Positions 48,403 to 61,211 of a stretch of DNA of 64,000 bases are shown here, piece by piece (the first letter of the stretch is position 1; each line of letters starts with the position of its first letter). The DNA lies in the NCBI GenBank assembly GCA_022009795.1, contig CP091724.1:1925494-1989493 (forward strand), given 5' to 3'. A program made the translations under genes and the position numbers. The notes under the pieces were generated by a model. That model was not told the origin of the DNA, searched no databases, and was given only the letters and a program-made list of their open reading frames with translations. The stretch comes from Anaerotruncus sp. (GTDB taxonomy: Bacteria; Bacillota; Clostridia; Oscillospirales; Acutalibacteraceae).

Positions 48403-49257
48403 ATGAGTTACGGTTACAAAAAGGATATAATCCACAAAAGTATGCCGAAAATGGAAAGGCAGAAAAGGAAAGAACATATCAAATGATTGACGATACGGCA
48501 GTCGAGGTTTCAAGAAGTCCCGACAAGCTCAAAGAATTTCTTGCTGTTCAGGCAAAGTTTGATATGTATTCGGCGGCAAATACTTTGCTTATCTTTAAGC
48601 AAATGCCTAATGCCACACAGCTTAAATCTTTTGAAGATTGGAACAAGGACGGTGTCAAAGTTCGTCAAAAGCAAAAGAGCATAGCAATCCTTGAGCCTGT
48701 CGAATATACAAAGAGCGACGGCACACCGGGTCTTGGATATAATGTCAAAAGAGTATTTGACCGTTCACAAACAAATTCAAAAAGAGAGGCAGTTCAAAAG
48801 ACCGATGATTTGAAACATACTCTCAAAAATTTTGTAAATGCTTCGCCTGTTGAAATTGTTGTAGGCGAAATACCAAATTCAAATCTTGGTGCGTTCTACA
48901 ACTTTGAAACACAGCAAATTACACTCAATGAAAATCTTACCGATACAAAACAGATTTTTGAGTGCCTTGCTCAAGAGGTTGCATTTGCTCAGCTTGCCGA
49001 CGGTAAGAAATCATATAGCCGTAGAGACGAAGGGTTTAAGGCAGTTTGTCTTGCATATATGATTTGCACCAAATACGGTGTTGATAAAAACGCTTTCGCT
49101 ATTGAAAGCCTGCCGGATAATTGGAAAAAGGCGGACGCAAAAGATATTCGCCGTGAACTTTCTTCTGTAAATTCTGCATACAAGGAAATTGTCAGCAGAG
49201 TTAATGATGAAATCTATCGCCAAAAGGCAGGCAAAGAGCAAGGAAATGGAGCGATAA
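48403..49257 (+). CDS. ArdC-like ssDNA-binding/antirestriction protein, frameshifted
   Basis: YSAANTLLIFKQMPNAT...W..DG.KV...VFDRSQT. Confidence 0.7.
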
Positions 49258-49260
49258 TAT

Positions 49261-49452
49261 ATGAAAGAAGGACGCTACCATTTAGTTCTTGATGATTTTG
49301 AACAAGGCGTAGTTATTCGTGCTCTCAATGATTTACGCACAGATTTAATCAGCGATAAAAGAGAAACCGATGCCGTAGATGAAGTGCTGTTAAAGGTTTG
49401 CAAAGCACCTACCAAAAAGATAAAGGTGGTAAAGCAAAATGAGGAACGATAA
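49261..49452 (+). CDS. Small hypothetical ICE protein
   Basis: 63-aa ORF overlapping the virD4 start. Confidence 0.7.
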   Translation: MKEGRYHLVLDDFEQGVVIRALNDLRTDLISDKRETDAVDEVLLKVCKAPTKKIKVVKQNEER

Positions 49453-51250
49453 CAAAAAAGCAGAAATTATCGCTTTTGTAGTTTTTGTTGTACCTTTGAT
49501 ATATATTGGGCTGAAAATTGCACCGTATATGTCAAACGGTTTAATATCAATTCTTAATAGCTTTGGCGAAATATTTGCACAACCGTTTAAGATAACCTTA
49601 TGTGAGGACAGTTTAAAAACTGTCCTCATTTTGCTTTTAATCTACGGTATTACTTTGTTGGTGTATTTTTCTTCAAAGAAAAATTACAGGCGTGGCGAAG
49701 AACACGGCTCTGCAAAGTGGGGCAAAGCAAAACAGGTTGGTAAAAAGTATATTCAAAAGCCGATAAATCAAAACAAGATATTGACTGATAATGTCGCTAT
49801 TGGTATGAACTGCAAAAAGCACAGGCGAAATCTTAATACGATAATCTGTGGCGGTGCCGTTGCAGGCAAAACAAGATTTTACGCAAAGCCGAATTTAATG
49901 CAGTGCAACACCTCTTTTGTTATTCCTGATCCAAAAGGTGAAATAGTTAAGGCTGACGGTAATCTGCTTGTAAAAGAAAGGTTATGATGTCAAGGTTAAT
50001 GATTTGATTGATATGGAAAAGAGCTATTGCTACAATCCGTTTGTTTATCTTGAAAATGACAATGACATACAAAAAGCTTGTAACTAATCTTTTTCAAAAG
50101 CACAACACCGAAAGGCTCGCAGACTAATGACCCGTTTTGGGATACGGCGACACAAATGCTTTTACTTGCTTTAATCTTTTATCTTCACTATGAAGCACCC
50201 GAAGAAGAACAGAATTTTGCAATGGTAATGTATATGCTTCGTGCAGGTGCTATTGAAGATGACGAGGACGGCCCATGCCTTACACCACTTGACCGACTGT
50301 TTTACAATCTTGAAACCGAGAAACCCGAACATATAGCAGTTAAGTATTACAAGTCTTATCATTCAGGCTCGTCAAAAACGCTTAAATCAATTCAGATAAC
50401 CTTGATGTCAAGACTTGAAAAGTTCAATCTTGAAAGCCTTGCAGCTTTAACCAAGACAGATGAACTTGATTTATCAACTATGGGAGAAAAGAAAACAGCC
50501 TTGTTTGCCGTTATTCCCGACAATGATACAAGTTTTAATTTTCTTATCTCGATTTTATATACTCAACTGTTTCAACAACTCTTTTATTGTGCTGACAAAA
50601 AGCATGGAGGAGCGTTACCGATACCCGTACACTTTCTCATGGACGAGTTTGCGAATGTATCATTACCCGATGATTTTGATAAGCTACTCAGCGTAATGCG
50701 TTCAAGAAACATTTTCGTATCCATAATACTTCAAAATCTTTCTCAGCTTAAAGCCTTGTTTGAAAAGCAATGGGAAAGTATTGTCGGCAACTGCGACCAA
50801 TTTCTTTATCTCGGTGGAAATGAGCAATCAACACACAAATATGTTTCCGAGCAACTCGGCAAGGAAACTATCGACACAAACACATACGCACGAAGTTTTG
50901 GCAGAAACGGTAACTATTCTACCAACTACCAAATATCAGGCAGAGAGTTAATGACGCCTGCCGAAGTGCGTATGCTTGATAATCGCTATGCAATTCTCTT
51001 TATCCGTGGTGAAAGACCTGTTATTGACCTCAAGTATGATATTCTTAAACATCCGAATTTGAAGTATACAGAAGACGGCAGAGCCAAGCCTTTTTATTTA
51101 CGGTGAAGAAAAAAATCTTCTATTGCCTCAATTACTTTTTACTTTTTATTAAAAGTGATAAAAAAAGCAGGAAAAAAAGATGATATTGCAGACGATTATG
51201 ATTTTGACTTAATTACAAAAGAAGAACTTGAACTGATGTTCAATATTTAG
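49439..51250 (+). CDS. virD4: Type IV coupling protein VirD4/TraG, frameshifted
   Basis: EHGSAKWG, GGAVAGKT, DPKGE, MDEFAN, ILQNLSQL. Confidence 0.93.
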
Positions 51251-51261
51251 GAGGAAAACTT

Positions 51262-51619
51262 ATGTTTAAATTCAAAACAAAAAAGAGTGATGAAGTCAAA
51301 ACTTCACCACTCACTAATAAATCAAATGCTGTTGCAAAGGCAACTATGTTTTTTTGCAACGCTTATTGCAACAATGTTCTGTTTTGCTGTTACTGCTTTT
51401 GCAGACGATGATCCACTTACGGTTGTAAACAATCTTTCAACCTTTATTTTCGGTCTTATCCGAGCAGTTGGACTTATCATTCTTGCTTGGGGCATTGTTC
51501 AGGTAGGCTTGTCGTTTCAAACGCATGATCCGTCACAGCGCTCTAACGGATTTCTCACCCTTGCCGGTGGAGTAGTTATTACCTTTGCAAAGAAAATTCT
51601 GGATGTAATTATTGGGTGA
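51262..51619 (+). CDS. VirB2/TrbC-like small conjugation membrane protein
   Basis: AGGAGG SD; HDPSQRSNG motif; TM helices; position after virD4. Confidence 0.7.
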
Positions 51620-51627
51620 AAAATTTA

Positions 51628-51654
51628 GTCGTATCTTTTTCGATACGACTTTTA
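51628..51654. terminator. Terminator at the cargo boundary
   Basis: AGTCGTATC...GATACGACT hairpin. Confidence 0.6.
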
Positions 51655-51748
51655 CATATTAGTTAAAAATCAGAAATAGACTTTTGCTTTATAGTATAAT
51701 AATATCTATATTCTTACACTATATTAAACATTAAAACATTGAAAAAAA

Positions 51749-52463
51749 TTAATATTTTTTTATTAAAAAAACTAAATGATACTCAAGTCCTTTTTTTAGT
51801 CTTTTTCTCATTCTCGGATTTTTGCCATTTCTGTTCAACAATTTTAAAATCATTAAAAATATTTTTTTAGCAAAATCTATAGAATGTGCTCCATTACCAT
51901 TAGGCAACATTAATAAATTGTCAATTAAATTATAATATGTCTCTCTAGTTTCTTTAATTGTTTTTCGCAAGTTCTCCTTTAAATACATACTCGCCTTGTT
52001 GTAAAATATTTAGGTCATGAAAAAAATACGATTGCATAATATCATGTAATTCTCTGTCTCTGTCCCCTTTCATAGCACGTTGCAATAAGTCAGGACATGT
52101 TGGGTTACTGCATGTTTGTGAATAGGTAAGTCGTTGACTAACCCATATACTAAATATCATTTTGTTTTCATACATTAAAAACTCAAATAAATCCTCCCAC
52201 TCCTCATCATCTGAATTAATTTCATAGTTCATGTCTCTAATACTAAAATAAAAAAATCTGAAATGAAATTTATAAGTCTAAAAAAACTTTTTAATCTTTT
52301 TTTCAAACATTGCCGTCTTATTTTGTTTCCTTGTTGTATAAATAGTTGCCCATATTGCTACAGTAGCTAACAATATTGAAGTTATTGTTGTAACATATTC
52401 AAAATAATCGTTGAAGTTACTATTTGTATTCAATGTAATTCTATAAACAATAAAGTTTTCCAT
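51749..52463 (-). CDS. AT-rich hypothetical cargo protein with N-terminal TM, frameshifted
   Basis: Joins ORFs 52278-52463, 51954-52232 and 51749-51988. Confidence 0.6.
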
Positions 52464-52479
52464 AATTCATCCATCCTAT

Positions 52480-53612
52480 TTTTAAATAATAAATATCATG
52501 TGCCTATAAAAAAATCCTATTATTAATGTCCATGAGCAATTCTTTTTGTAATGTTCGAGTTGCTGTGATATATGTACTTAAAGCGTAAAAAAACATGCAT
52601 TTGTTTATCATTCAATATCTACCAATTACATATGAAAAAAACTTACCTTTACATATATAACTCATATGGTTCACAAACCCGTATTTTATGTTCTTTAAGC
52701 AAAAATTGTATAATTAATTTATTGTTTAATTCCAAACAAATAAATTCACTTTCGTTAAAAGTTAGTAATTTAACAACTAAGTTATAGTTATTAATGTTAA
52801 AAATGTTTCAGTAGTTCAATAATATTAAAAAAATGCTTTTTTTATAAAAAAATTGTTGATAAATATTAACTTTATTTCGCCAATTATTATGTGTGTTTAT
52901 AACATCATACGACATTCTGTTAGACATATAGCCTCCTCCCATTGAAATATATTTTTTTCCTGGATTTGTTTCTACAAAAGAAGTTATTCCGGCTTTTTCT
53001 AAACTTAGCAACTGATTCATCACTAATGGGCTCTGCAAAGCGAAACGATTCCTTCAATTTGATATTTACTTAATAATTCTGGCCAATTATTCTCAATTAT
53101 TCTAACTAATTCTATTTTGGAAAACAAATATGGCTCAATGTTTTTATTGTGATTGTAAATTTGTAGCAAATATGCTGAGTTATTAGTGATGTATGCGAAT
53201 AGTAAATAATCACTTCTGTCAACAAATGTTTTTTTATTGTTAAGCCTATTTAAATGAAAATGATATATATTCCAATCATATATCAACATATCTTTTGAAT
53301 CTTTCTTTTCGATCTTTCTACTCATATACGGTGTAAGGGAAAATCCACGCATTAATTTGAGCACTATTTCGTTGAATGCTTGTTCACGTTCTTTTGGACA
53401 ATTTAATTCTTTTGAGATATAAACTTTTCTTGGAATAGTACTAATATTCCTTTTCAGTATATTTAAATATGAATATACATTGTCGCCGGATTTATTTGGA
53501 CTATATCCCATATTTTTTTAAACCATCGCACGCAATTGTATTTAAATCCTCAGCGAAATTAATTTCTATTGAATAATTTATTTTTTTCAGGTATTTGAGA
53601 ATTAATAATCAT
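52480..53612 (-). CDS. AT-rich hypothetical cargo protein (DWNIYHFHL...RSDYLLF), frameshifted; 3' end uncertain
   Basis: Joins ORFs 53023-53511 and 52808-53038 plus flanks. Confidence 0.6.
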
Positions 53613-53841
53613 ATTTTTTTATTCACCAGCTAAAACTAAATTTTTAAAAAGTGTTGTTATAAATACTATTCTATATCTTTCTCAAAAAAATTCAATAATA
53701 AAGTGAGTATTCGTTAGATTAACTAAATACAAATGATATAATTATAAAAATTTAAGTATGTTATCTAAAAAGTTCCAAACGGCGAGTCGACACCGTTTGG
53801 GGCTTTTTATATATAAAAAATTTTAAGAAAGGAGTGTTTTA

Positions 53842-54679
53842 ATGTCAGATAACTGGGTAGTACGCAATCTTGAAAACGCTCTTGAAACTTGGAATGATAA
53901 GCTGACAGAGATATGGGGATTGCTGACCGCTACACCCGAAGAATTCAAAGGCGGTAAAATATGGAATGTCATACTCGATATTAACGGAGCATTGCAGGTA
54001 ATCGGTACAGCTCTGCTTGTTTTGTTCTTTGTTGTCGGTGTTATGAAAACCTGCGGCTCATTTGCCGAAGTTAAGAAACCCGAACACGCATTAAGACTTT
54101 TTATCCGTTTTGCACTTGCAAAAGGTGCAATAACCTACGGACTTGATTTAATGCTTTCTTTATTCAAAAATTGTTCAAGGTACAATCTCAACAATAATGA
54201 CTTCTGCCGGATTCGGACAAGCAAACAAAACGACATTGCCGCAAGAAATGATTACGGCTATTGAAAATTGCGATTTCTTTGAAAGCATACCGTTGTGGGC
54301 AGTAACACTAATCGGAAGTCTGCTGATAACAGTCTTATCATTTATTATGATAATGACTGTTTACGGCAGATTTTTTAAGTTGTATATGTATACTGCCATT
54401 GCACCGATACCGCTTTCAACATTTGCAGGAGAACCGTCACAGCATGTCGGCAGGTCATTTATCAAAAGCTATTGTGCTGTATGCTTGGAAGGTGCAATTA
54501 TTGTTCTTGCCTGTGTCATATTCTCACTCTTTGCAGCATCACCGCCGCAAGTTGATACAACTGCACCTGCGGTAACTATGGTGTGGAAATATGTGGGTGA
54601 ACTCATATTCAATATGCTTGTACTTGTCGGTTCAGTTAAAACATCAGATCATATTGTACGGGAAATGATGGGACTTTAA
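53842..54679 (+). CDS. VirB6/TrbL-like conjugation membrane protein, frameshifted
   Basis: YGRFFKLYMYTAIAPIPL; multiple TMs. Confidence 0.85.
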
Positions 54680-54690
54680 GGAGGTAAATA

Positions 54691-55053
54691 ATGCAAATAC
54701 AAATCAATAAAGAGTTTAGAGATTATCGGGAAAAGGTGTATTTCGGACTGAGTATTCGACAGTTGATATTTTCATTTCTTGCTGTCGGCGTTGCAGTAGT
54801 ATCATATATTTTGCTTAAAGATAAGCTCAGTATCGATACAATATCGTGGCTATGCATACTGCTTGCCGCACCGTTTGCTGCTTTGGGTTTCGTAACATAC
54901 CACGGTATGACTTTTTGAGAAAAATTGGCTTTGGCGTGGATAAAATCAGAAGTCTTAATTCCTAAAAAGACTTGTTTTTAAAGCGGAAAGCAAAACTCAT
55001 ATTGAGAATAAAGAAATGATTAAACAAAAAGAAAAGGAGGTTTTCAAGAATAA
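54691..55053 (+). CDS. prgI: PrgI-family protein
   Basis: INKEFRDYREKVYFGLSIRQ...PFAALGF. Confidence 0.85.
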
Positions 55054-57394
55054 TGAAAACTCGCAATAAAATGAAAAAAAACTTGAACAGGAAAAGTTCG
55101 TTGTACCCAAAACTGTTCAAAATGTTATTCCTATCAAAGCCGTCTATAAAGACGGCATTTTTTTCTTGTCGGTAAAAAAATATGTATTCCAAAACATTCC
55201 TTTTTACTGATGTTAATTAATATATCGCTTGTGAAAACGAAAAGAATGATTTAATGCGTCAGTATTGGGCAGTTATCAATTCTTTCGGAAACGGTGTTAC
55301 CGTTAAACTCACAATCAATAACCATAGATTTGATAAGGAAGATTTTGAAAAATCAATCCTTATGCCGTATTACTATGATAACCTTGATGTATATCGTAAG
55401 GAATATAACGAAATGCTGCTCAATAAAGCGGCAACATCCGAGTGTATTGTTCAGGATAAGTATTTTACCGTTACGGCAAACAAAAAGTGCTATGAAGACG
55501 CAAGAGCTTTTTTCACTCGCATTGAAAAGAATCTGTCAACAAATCTTTTTGCACTCGGCAGTAAATGTGAGCCGTTAAATGCAACCGACAGACTTAAGAT
55601 ATTCCATAATTTCTACCGTGCAGGGAGTGAAGAAAACTTCAATCTTGATTTTGAACTTTTGCAAAATCAAGGTTGTGATGTCCGTGACTATATCTCTCCC
55701 GATTCTATGGATTTCAACAGCGACTATATGATGATTAACGGTCAGTATTGCAGAACTGTTTTTCTTCGTAACTACGGTACATTTGTTGATGATAATATCA
55801 TAACCGAGCTTACATCAATCAATAAAAACTTAATGCTTTCTATTGATTTTATCCCTATTCCTGTTGATGAAGCAAACAAGGATGTAGATAACATTTTGCT
55901 TGGTGTTCAATCGGATAAGGCAAACTTCAATCGCCGTCAGGCACAAAACCAAAACTACGGTGCTACCAATTATGACCTTGAGCAAAGAGAAAAGGAAATA
56001 CTTGAAATCAGAAACGATATGCGTTACCGTGACCAAAGAATTTATGACACGATAATTTCAATGGTAATAACTGCCGACAGTAAGCAGGAACTTGATAACT
56101 TAACCGAAAGTATTTTTTTGCCAAAGCGTCCGAGAACAGCACAGCACAGTTTGCAACGCTTCGTTATCAACAGCTTGACGGACTAAATACTGTTTTACCG
56201 TTTGGCATCAAAAGAATTGAATGTTACCGTACACTTACAACGGAATCGCTTGCGTCTTTTATGCCGTTTCACGCTCAGGAGGTCAGTCATCCGGGTGGAG
56301 CGTATTACGGTCAAAATGCTATCAGTAACAATATGATATTTGTTAATAGGCATTCGCTTCTTAACGGTAACAGCATTGTGCTCGGTGTACCCGGTGGTGG
56401 TAAATCATTTTTGGTTAAGGAAGATATTGTATCAATCTTTCTTTCAAATCCCGATGCCGATATTGTAATTATAGACCCTGAAAGAGAGTACAACGCTCTT
56501 GTTAAAGCATTCGGCGGAGAGGTAATCAACATATCGGCAAATTCACCAAACCATATTAACGCTATGGATATGAATGCAAACTATGAAGATGAGGGCAATC
56601 CCGTAACCACAAAATCCGAATTCATTATGTCTCTTTGTGAACAGTTGCTCGGTACATCTGCCGACGCTAAAGACAAGTCTATCATTGACAGATGCTGTAA
56701 GAATGTTTATGACGGATATATCAAAAACAATTTCAGCACACAGCAACCTACACTTAAAGATTTTAGAGAAGAACTGCTAAAGCAAAAGGAAACCGAGGCG
56801 CACGATTTGGCACTTGCCATTGAGTTATTTACAGACGGCTCGCTTAACACTTTTGCACAGCCTACCAATGTTGATATTAACAATAGGCTAATATCATATG
56901 ACATTCTTGAACTCGGTGATTCGCTTCTGCCTGTAGGTATGCTTATCGTACTTGATAATCTTTTAAACAAGATTACTTCAAACAGAGAGAAAAGACGACA
57001 AACATATATCTTTATTGATGAGATGTATTTGCTTTTTGCTCATCAATATACGGCAAAAATTCCTTTATCGTATTTGGAAACGAGTAAGAAAATACGGAGC
57101 GTTTGCGATAGGCATTACACAGAATGTTGGAGATATGCTTGAAAGCAACACGGCAAGAACTATGGTGTCTAATTCCGAGTTCGTTATTATGCTTAATCAA
57201 AAAAAGCAAGTGACGTGCTTGAGCTTTCAAGGCTTCTTGAAATCACACCTAACCAAACGCAATATTTTACAAACAAGGATGCCGGTCAAGGTCTAATGAA
57301 GATAGGCAGCAATCTTGTGCCGTTTGTAAATAAATTCCCAAAGGATACACAACTCTACAAGTTAATGACATCAAAACCGGGAGAGGCTATATAA
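55053..57394 (+). CDS. virB4: VirB4-like conjugation ATPase, frameshifted
   Basis: GVPGGGKS, IDPEREY, FIDE, GITQN, LYKLMTSKP. Confidence 0.93.
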
Positions 57395-57464
57395 TTATTA
57401 AATACAATCATACAGTGCCGCTGACTTAAAGTCGGTGGCATTGTTTTTTAAGGAGTTATACACT

Positions 57465-58196
57465 ATGAAAAAATCTGTTTTTGTTATTTTACTCGTATTA
57501 TTCATATCTGCTTTTTCAATCAGTATGTATTTTGTTGTTAAAGAAACTGTTGAGGATAAAAAGCAATATGAAGTATTTGAAAATATTGTTTCATCTGTTC
57601 AAGTTGAAGATGACAGTTCTGATTATACAGATGACAAACTTAAAAGATATATCGAATTGAACACGGAAAATTCCGACTTTGTAGGTTGGGTAAAAATTGA
57701 CGGTACGCACATAAATTATCCTGTTATGAAAAGCAGTACACCTGATTACTATTTGCACCGTAATTTTAATAAGGAGTATTCATATTACGGCACACCGTAT
57801 TTAAGTGATAAAAGCGATACTATGAAGCCTACCGACAACATAGTTATCTACGGCCACAATATGCGAGATAACACTATGTTCGGTGATTTGAGTAAATACA
57901 AATCAAAAGAGTTTTTTGAAAAGCACAGATACATTCACTTTGATACGCTTGTAGATTTAGGAAAGTATGAGATTGTATGTGTATTCAAAACCACACCAAT
58001 CAAATTCGATTATCAAAATTATACCGTCTTTGATTCTACCGATGAATTTAATTCGTATATTCTAAAATGCAAAGAAAGCGAATACTACAACACCGATGTA
58101 TCTTGCAATTACGGTGACAAGTTAATAACGCTATCCACTTGCGAATACAGTCAAGAAAACGGCAGGCTTGTAGTGGTTGCCAAAAAGGTGAAGTGA
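57465..58196 (+). CDS. srtB: Class B sortase
   Basis: INYPVM, IYGHNM, TLSTC, GRLVV. Confidence 0.92.
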   Translation: MKKSVFVILLVLFISAFSISMYFVVKETVEDKKQYEVFENIVSSVQVEDDSSDYTDDKLKRYIELNTENSDFVGWVKIDGTHINYPVMKSSTPDYYLHRNFNKEYSYYGTPYLSDKSDTMKPTDNIVIYGHNMRDNTMFGDLSKYKSKEFFEKHRYIHFDTLVDLGKYEIVCVFKTTPIKFDYQNYTVFDSTDEFNSYILKCKESEYYNTDVSCNYGDKLITLSTCEYSQENGRLVVVAKKVK

Positions 58197-58197
58197 T

Positions 58198-59887
58198 ATG
58201 AGCGAGATTGAAATTAAAAAGGTTGCCGAGAAAACTCTTAAAACTGCCGACAATCTTGGTATAGCGACAGAAAAGGCAAAAGGGATAGCTTTAAAAGCGA
58301 AAGAAAAGGTATCGGAAAGTGTTAGTGATAATTCCGAAAGCCCTGTTAATTATGCTATTGATAAAGTTCAGGATGATGCTAAAAATATTTCGGAGGACGC
58401 AATATATCTTTTCAAAAAGCAAGGCAAAAAGAGTGTAAACGAAACTGTTAAGAATACAAAAAAGCTCGAACAATCTATTGAAGAAGTTCGAGCAAAAAGA
58501 AAAATTAAAAAAGATAAAAGCAAGGTAAATAACCCTGATAAATATACACCCAAAGCACCTGATGATACAGTTAAGACCGATGATATTGTATCTAAAAACA
58601 CACCAAAGAACACTCAAAACAAAGTCCGTAGTGCAAGCAGTATCAAAACAAAAGAAACCGTATCTGCCGTTAAATCAAACCAACCTATTATAAAGGCAAG
58701 TAAACAATCTGCGAAAGACACAGCAAAAGCCATTAACAAATCATCTCAAATAGCTAAAGAAACGGCAAAGCAATCAGCCAAAGGTGCAAAGAAAGCTGCA
58801 AGAGCAACTAAAAGAGCCATCAAATCTATGATTGAAAGCACAAAGGCACTCGTTAATGCGATTATTGCAGGTGGTTGGGTATCTGTTGTGGTAATCATTT
58901 TAATATGCCTTGTAGCTGCTTTATGTTCATCATTTTACGGCATATTCTTTTCAAGCGAAACTTCGCAAAGCGGTATGAACATAACTTCTGTAATTCAGCA
59001 AATCAACAATGAATTTGATGACAAGATTGACGAGATTAAATCATCGGGCAGTTTTGACGGAGTAGAAGTAATCGGCAGTCGTTCTAATTGGAAAGATATA
59101 CTATCTATTTATGCAGTTAAGACTACTACCGATGAAAACAACCCTATGGAAGTCGCTACTGTTGACGAAAAACAAAAAGGCAATTTTATCATCAATCTTT
59201 TGGGATATGAACAACATATCAAAATCTGTTGAAACACGGACAGAAACGATAACGAAAGAATCAACCGATGAGCAGGGGAACAAGATCGAAACTACAAAGC
59301 AAGTTGAAAAGAAATATCTTGTAATAACCTTAACCGGCAAGAGTGCCGAGGATATGTCAGCTACTTACTCATTCAATGATACGCAAAAGAAATATTTAGC
59401 CGAATTGATGAGTGACAAAAACAACAAGCTTTGGGCATCGCTTATCTACAACATCGGCGGAGTATCGGGTGGTAGCGATATTGACATTAAAGGCCTTGAT
59501 TTTTCAAACGAAACGGTCAATGACACGCAGAAGAAAATCGTTGCAGTAGCGACAAATTCGGCAAAATACGGTATTTCTGCCCGTTCGGGTTACTGTCAGG
59601 CTTGGGTTGCAGATGTATATCAAGCTGTTACAGGTTCAAGAGGTTCTGCTCACTGTGCCTTGTGTGCTGCAGATATGTGGGCAGTATCAAGCGACTTTTC
59701 TCAAATTCCCGTTGGTGCAACTGTTTACGGCTATTCATCAAGCAAATACGGTCATGTCGGTATCTATATCGGTAATGGTATGGTCGCTCACAATATCGGT
59801 GAAATAAAAATAGAAAGCCTTGAAAGTTGGGTTAAAAATTACAAAGGCTTTGCTTGGGGGTGGGAGAATGGATATATAAAAGAATAA
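58198..59887 (+). CDS. Conjugation cell-wall hydrolase (NlpC/P60-CHAP-like C-terminus), frameshifted
   Basis: Lys/Ala-rich N-terminus, TM, GYCQAWV...YGHVGIYIGNGMVAH. Confidence 0.82.
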
Positions 59888-60093
59888 GGAACATTAAGTT
59901 CCTTATTCTTTTATACATACTCAGATAGTATTCTATTAACTTGTTCATACCATTCGTTACTTTTTTTATTCCATATTCACAATACATTTGTGCATCATTT
60001 AGTGCTTCTGTTAATTGGCTTTTATTATAAATAGATGTGTTATCACAAATAAAATCAATCATACTTGTAGAGTATTTAAAAAGAATATCCCAT
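59880..60093 (-). CDS. Small AT-rich hypothetical protein
   Basis: AGGAGG SD before ATG ~60093; ORF 59832-60062; end uncertain. Confidence 0.4.
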
Positions 60094-60219
60094 TTTTAAA
60101 TTCCTCCTAATTGTATTTGATGGATTCTTATAATTTAAATATTATGGATAATATTTATTCAGTATTTTTAGAATTGGAAATATTCATATTTGGAAAGATT
60201 AATCTTGTTATTAAAGATT

Positions 60220-60639
60220 GATTTTTCAATTTTTTTAATACAGCATTTTTCATTTTTTTGTTATAATTGCTTGAAATGAAAGCGTTTGCATTGCTATCTA
60301 AATAAATTACACCATAATCTATTGCGTTTTTCATTATAGTAGATTTTTTTATGAAAGCTGCTATTGTACTTAGCTTTTTCAGAGGAAGTATTATTAGTAT
60401 TATTAGCTTCTTCTAATAATGCTGCTAATTCATCATCAATTTTTGATTTCTGTTTCATTTCCTCCAATTGTAACAGTTATTTTATTGATTTTATCTATAT
60501 CAAAATTTTTCTTTAATTTGTGTTCTCTTTTCGGTTACTTGATATGGATTTGTTGGCTCTTTATTTTTTTGGATATTGTACAAGATGAAAAAGCAACAAG
60601 TAAACATATAATCAATAAAATTGATATTATTTTTTTCAT
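60220..60639 (-). CDS. Putative lipoprotein, frameshifted (end approximate)
   Basis: MKKIISILLIICLLVAFSSC lipobox; GAGG SD. Confidence 0.6.
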
Positions 60640-60649
60640 TTGTTTTCCT

Positions 60650-61081
60650 CTAATACCATTTATTTACCCAACCTTTATCATCTGTGAATGATTGGGTAGT
60701 GGATTTTGTATTTGATGTGCTTTGAGCTTTTTTTGTAGTTGTTTCATTGTCTTTTTAAAGTGGTTTCTAATATTTCTGTGTTATTATTATTTTTTTAGAA
60801 ATTTCTGATTCGAATGAAGTTATATTATCTGATTCACTTTTAGAAGAATGGTTTTGAATATTGGAAAATGATACTTTTTGAGTAACAGATTCTGTAATAT
60901 TCGAATGCTTTTTTGTTGTGTTACCCTTATCACTTGTTGATGGCTCTTGATTTTTTGTGTATATGCCACCGTATTTATTTGTAACAGCAGCAGAATTATT
61001 ACTACTGCTGTTATTTGTGCAAGCAATAAAAGAGAAAAGCACAACTAAAATTGAAATCATAATTAGTATGCACTTCTTCAT
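60650..61081 (-). CDS. Ser/Thr/Asn-rich lipoprotein ending FTDDKGWVNKWY, frameshifted
   Basis: MKKCILIMISILVVLFSFIAC lipobox; manual joining across indels. Confidence 0.65.
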
Positions 61082-61082
61082 A

Positions 61083-61211
61083 TTACCAACCATCAGAACC
61101 GTCTACTATATTATCATCTTTTCCAATGTCATTTGAACTTGTTGTGATAACATTTGTAGATGAAAACTCCTGAATCTCGGTATTTGGTTTAGTGTATATT
61201 TCTTTCATCAT
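61083..61211 (-). CDS. 42-aa micropeptide MMKEIYTKPNTEIQEFSSTNVITTSSNDIGKDDNIVDGSDGW
   Basis: GGAGG SD; TAATG overlap with the upstream protease stop; intact frame. Confidence 0.75.
   Translation of the reverse strand: MMKEIYTKPNTEIQEFSSTNVITTSSNDIGKDDNIVDGSDGW

Noticed and set aside
49849..49873. VirD4 Walker A GGAVAGKT as an inactivating change
   Set aside because: Still fits GxxxxGKT, and may be a single-base error.
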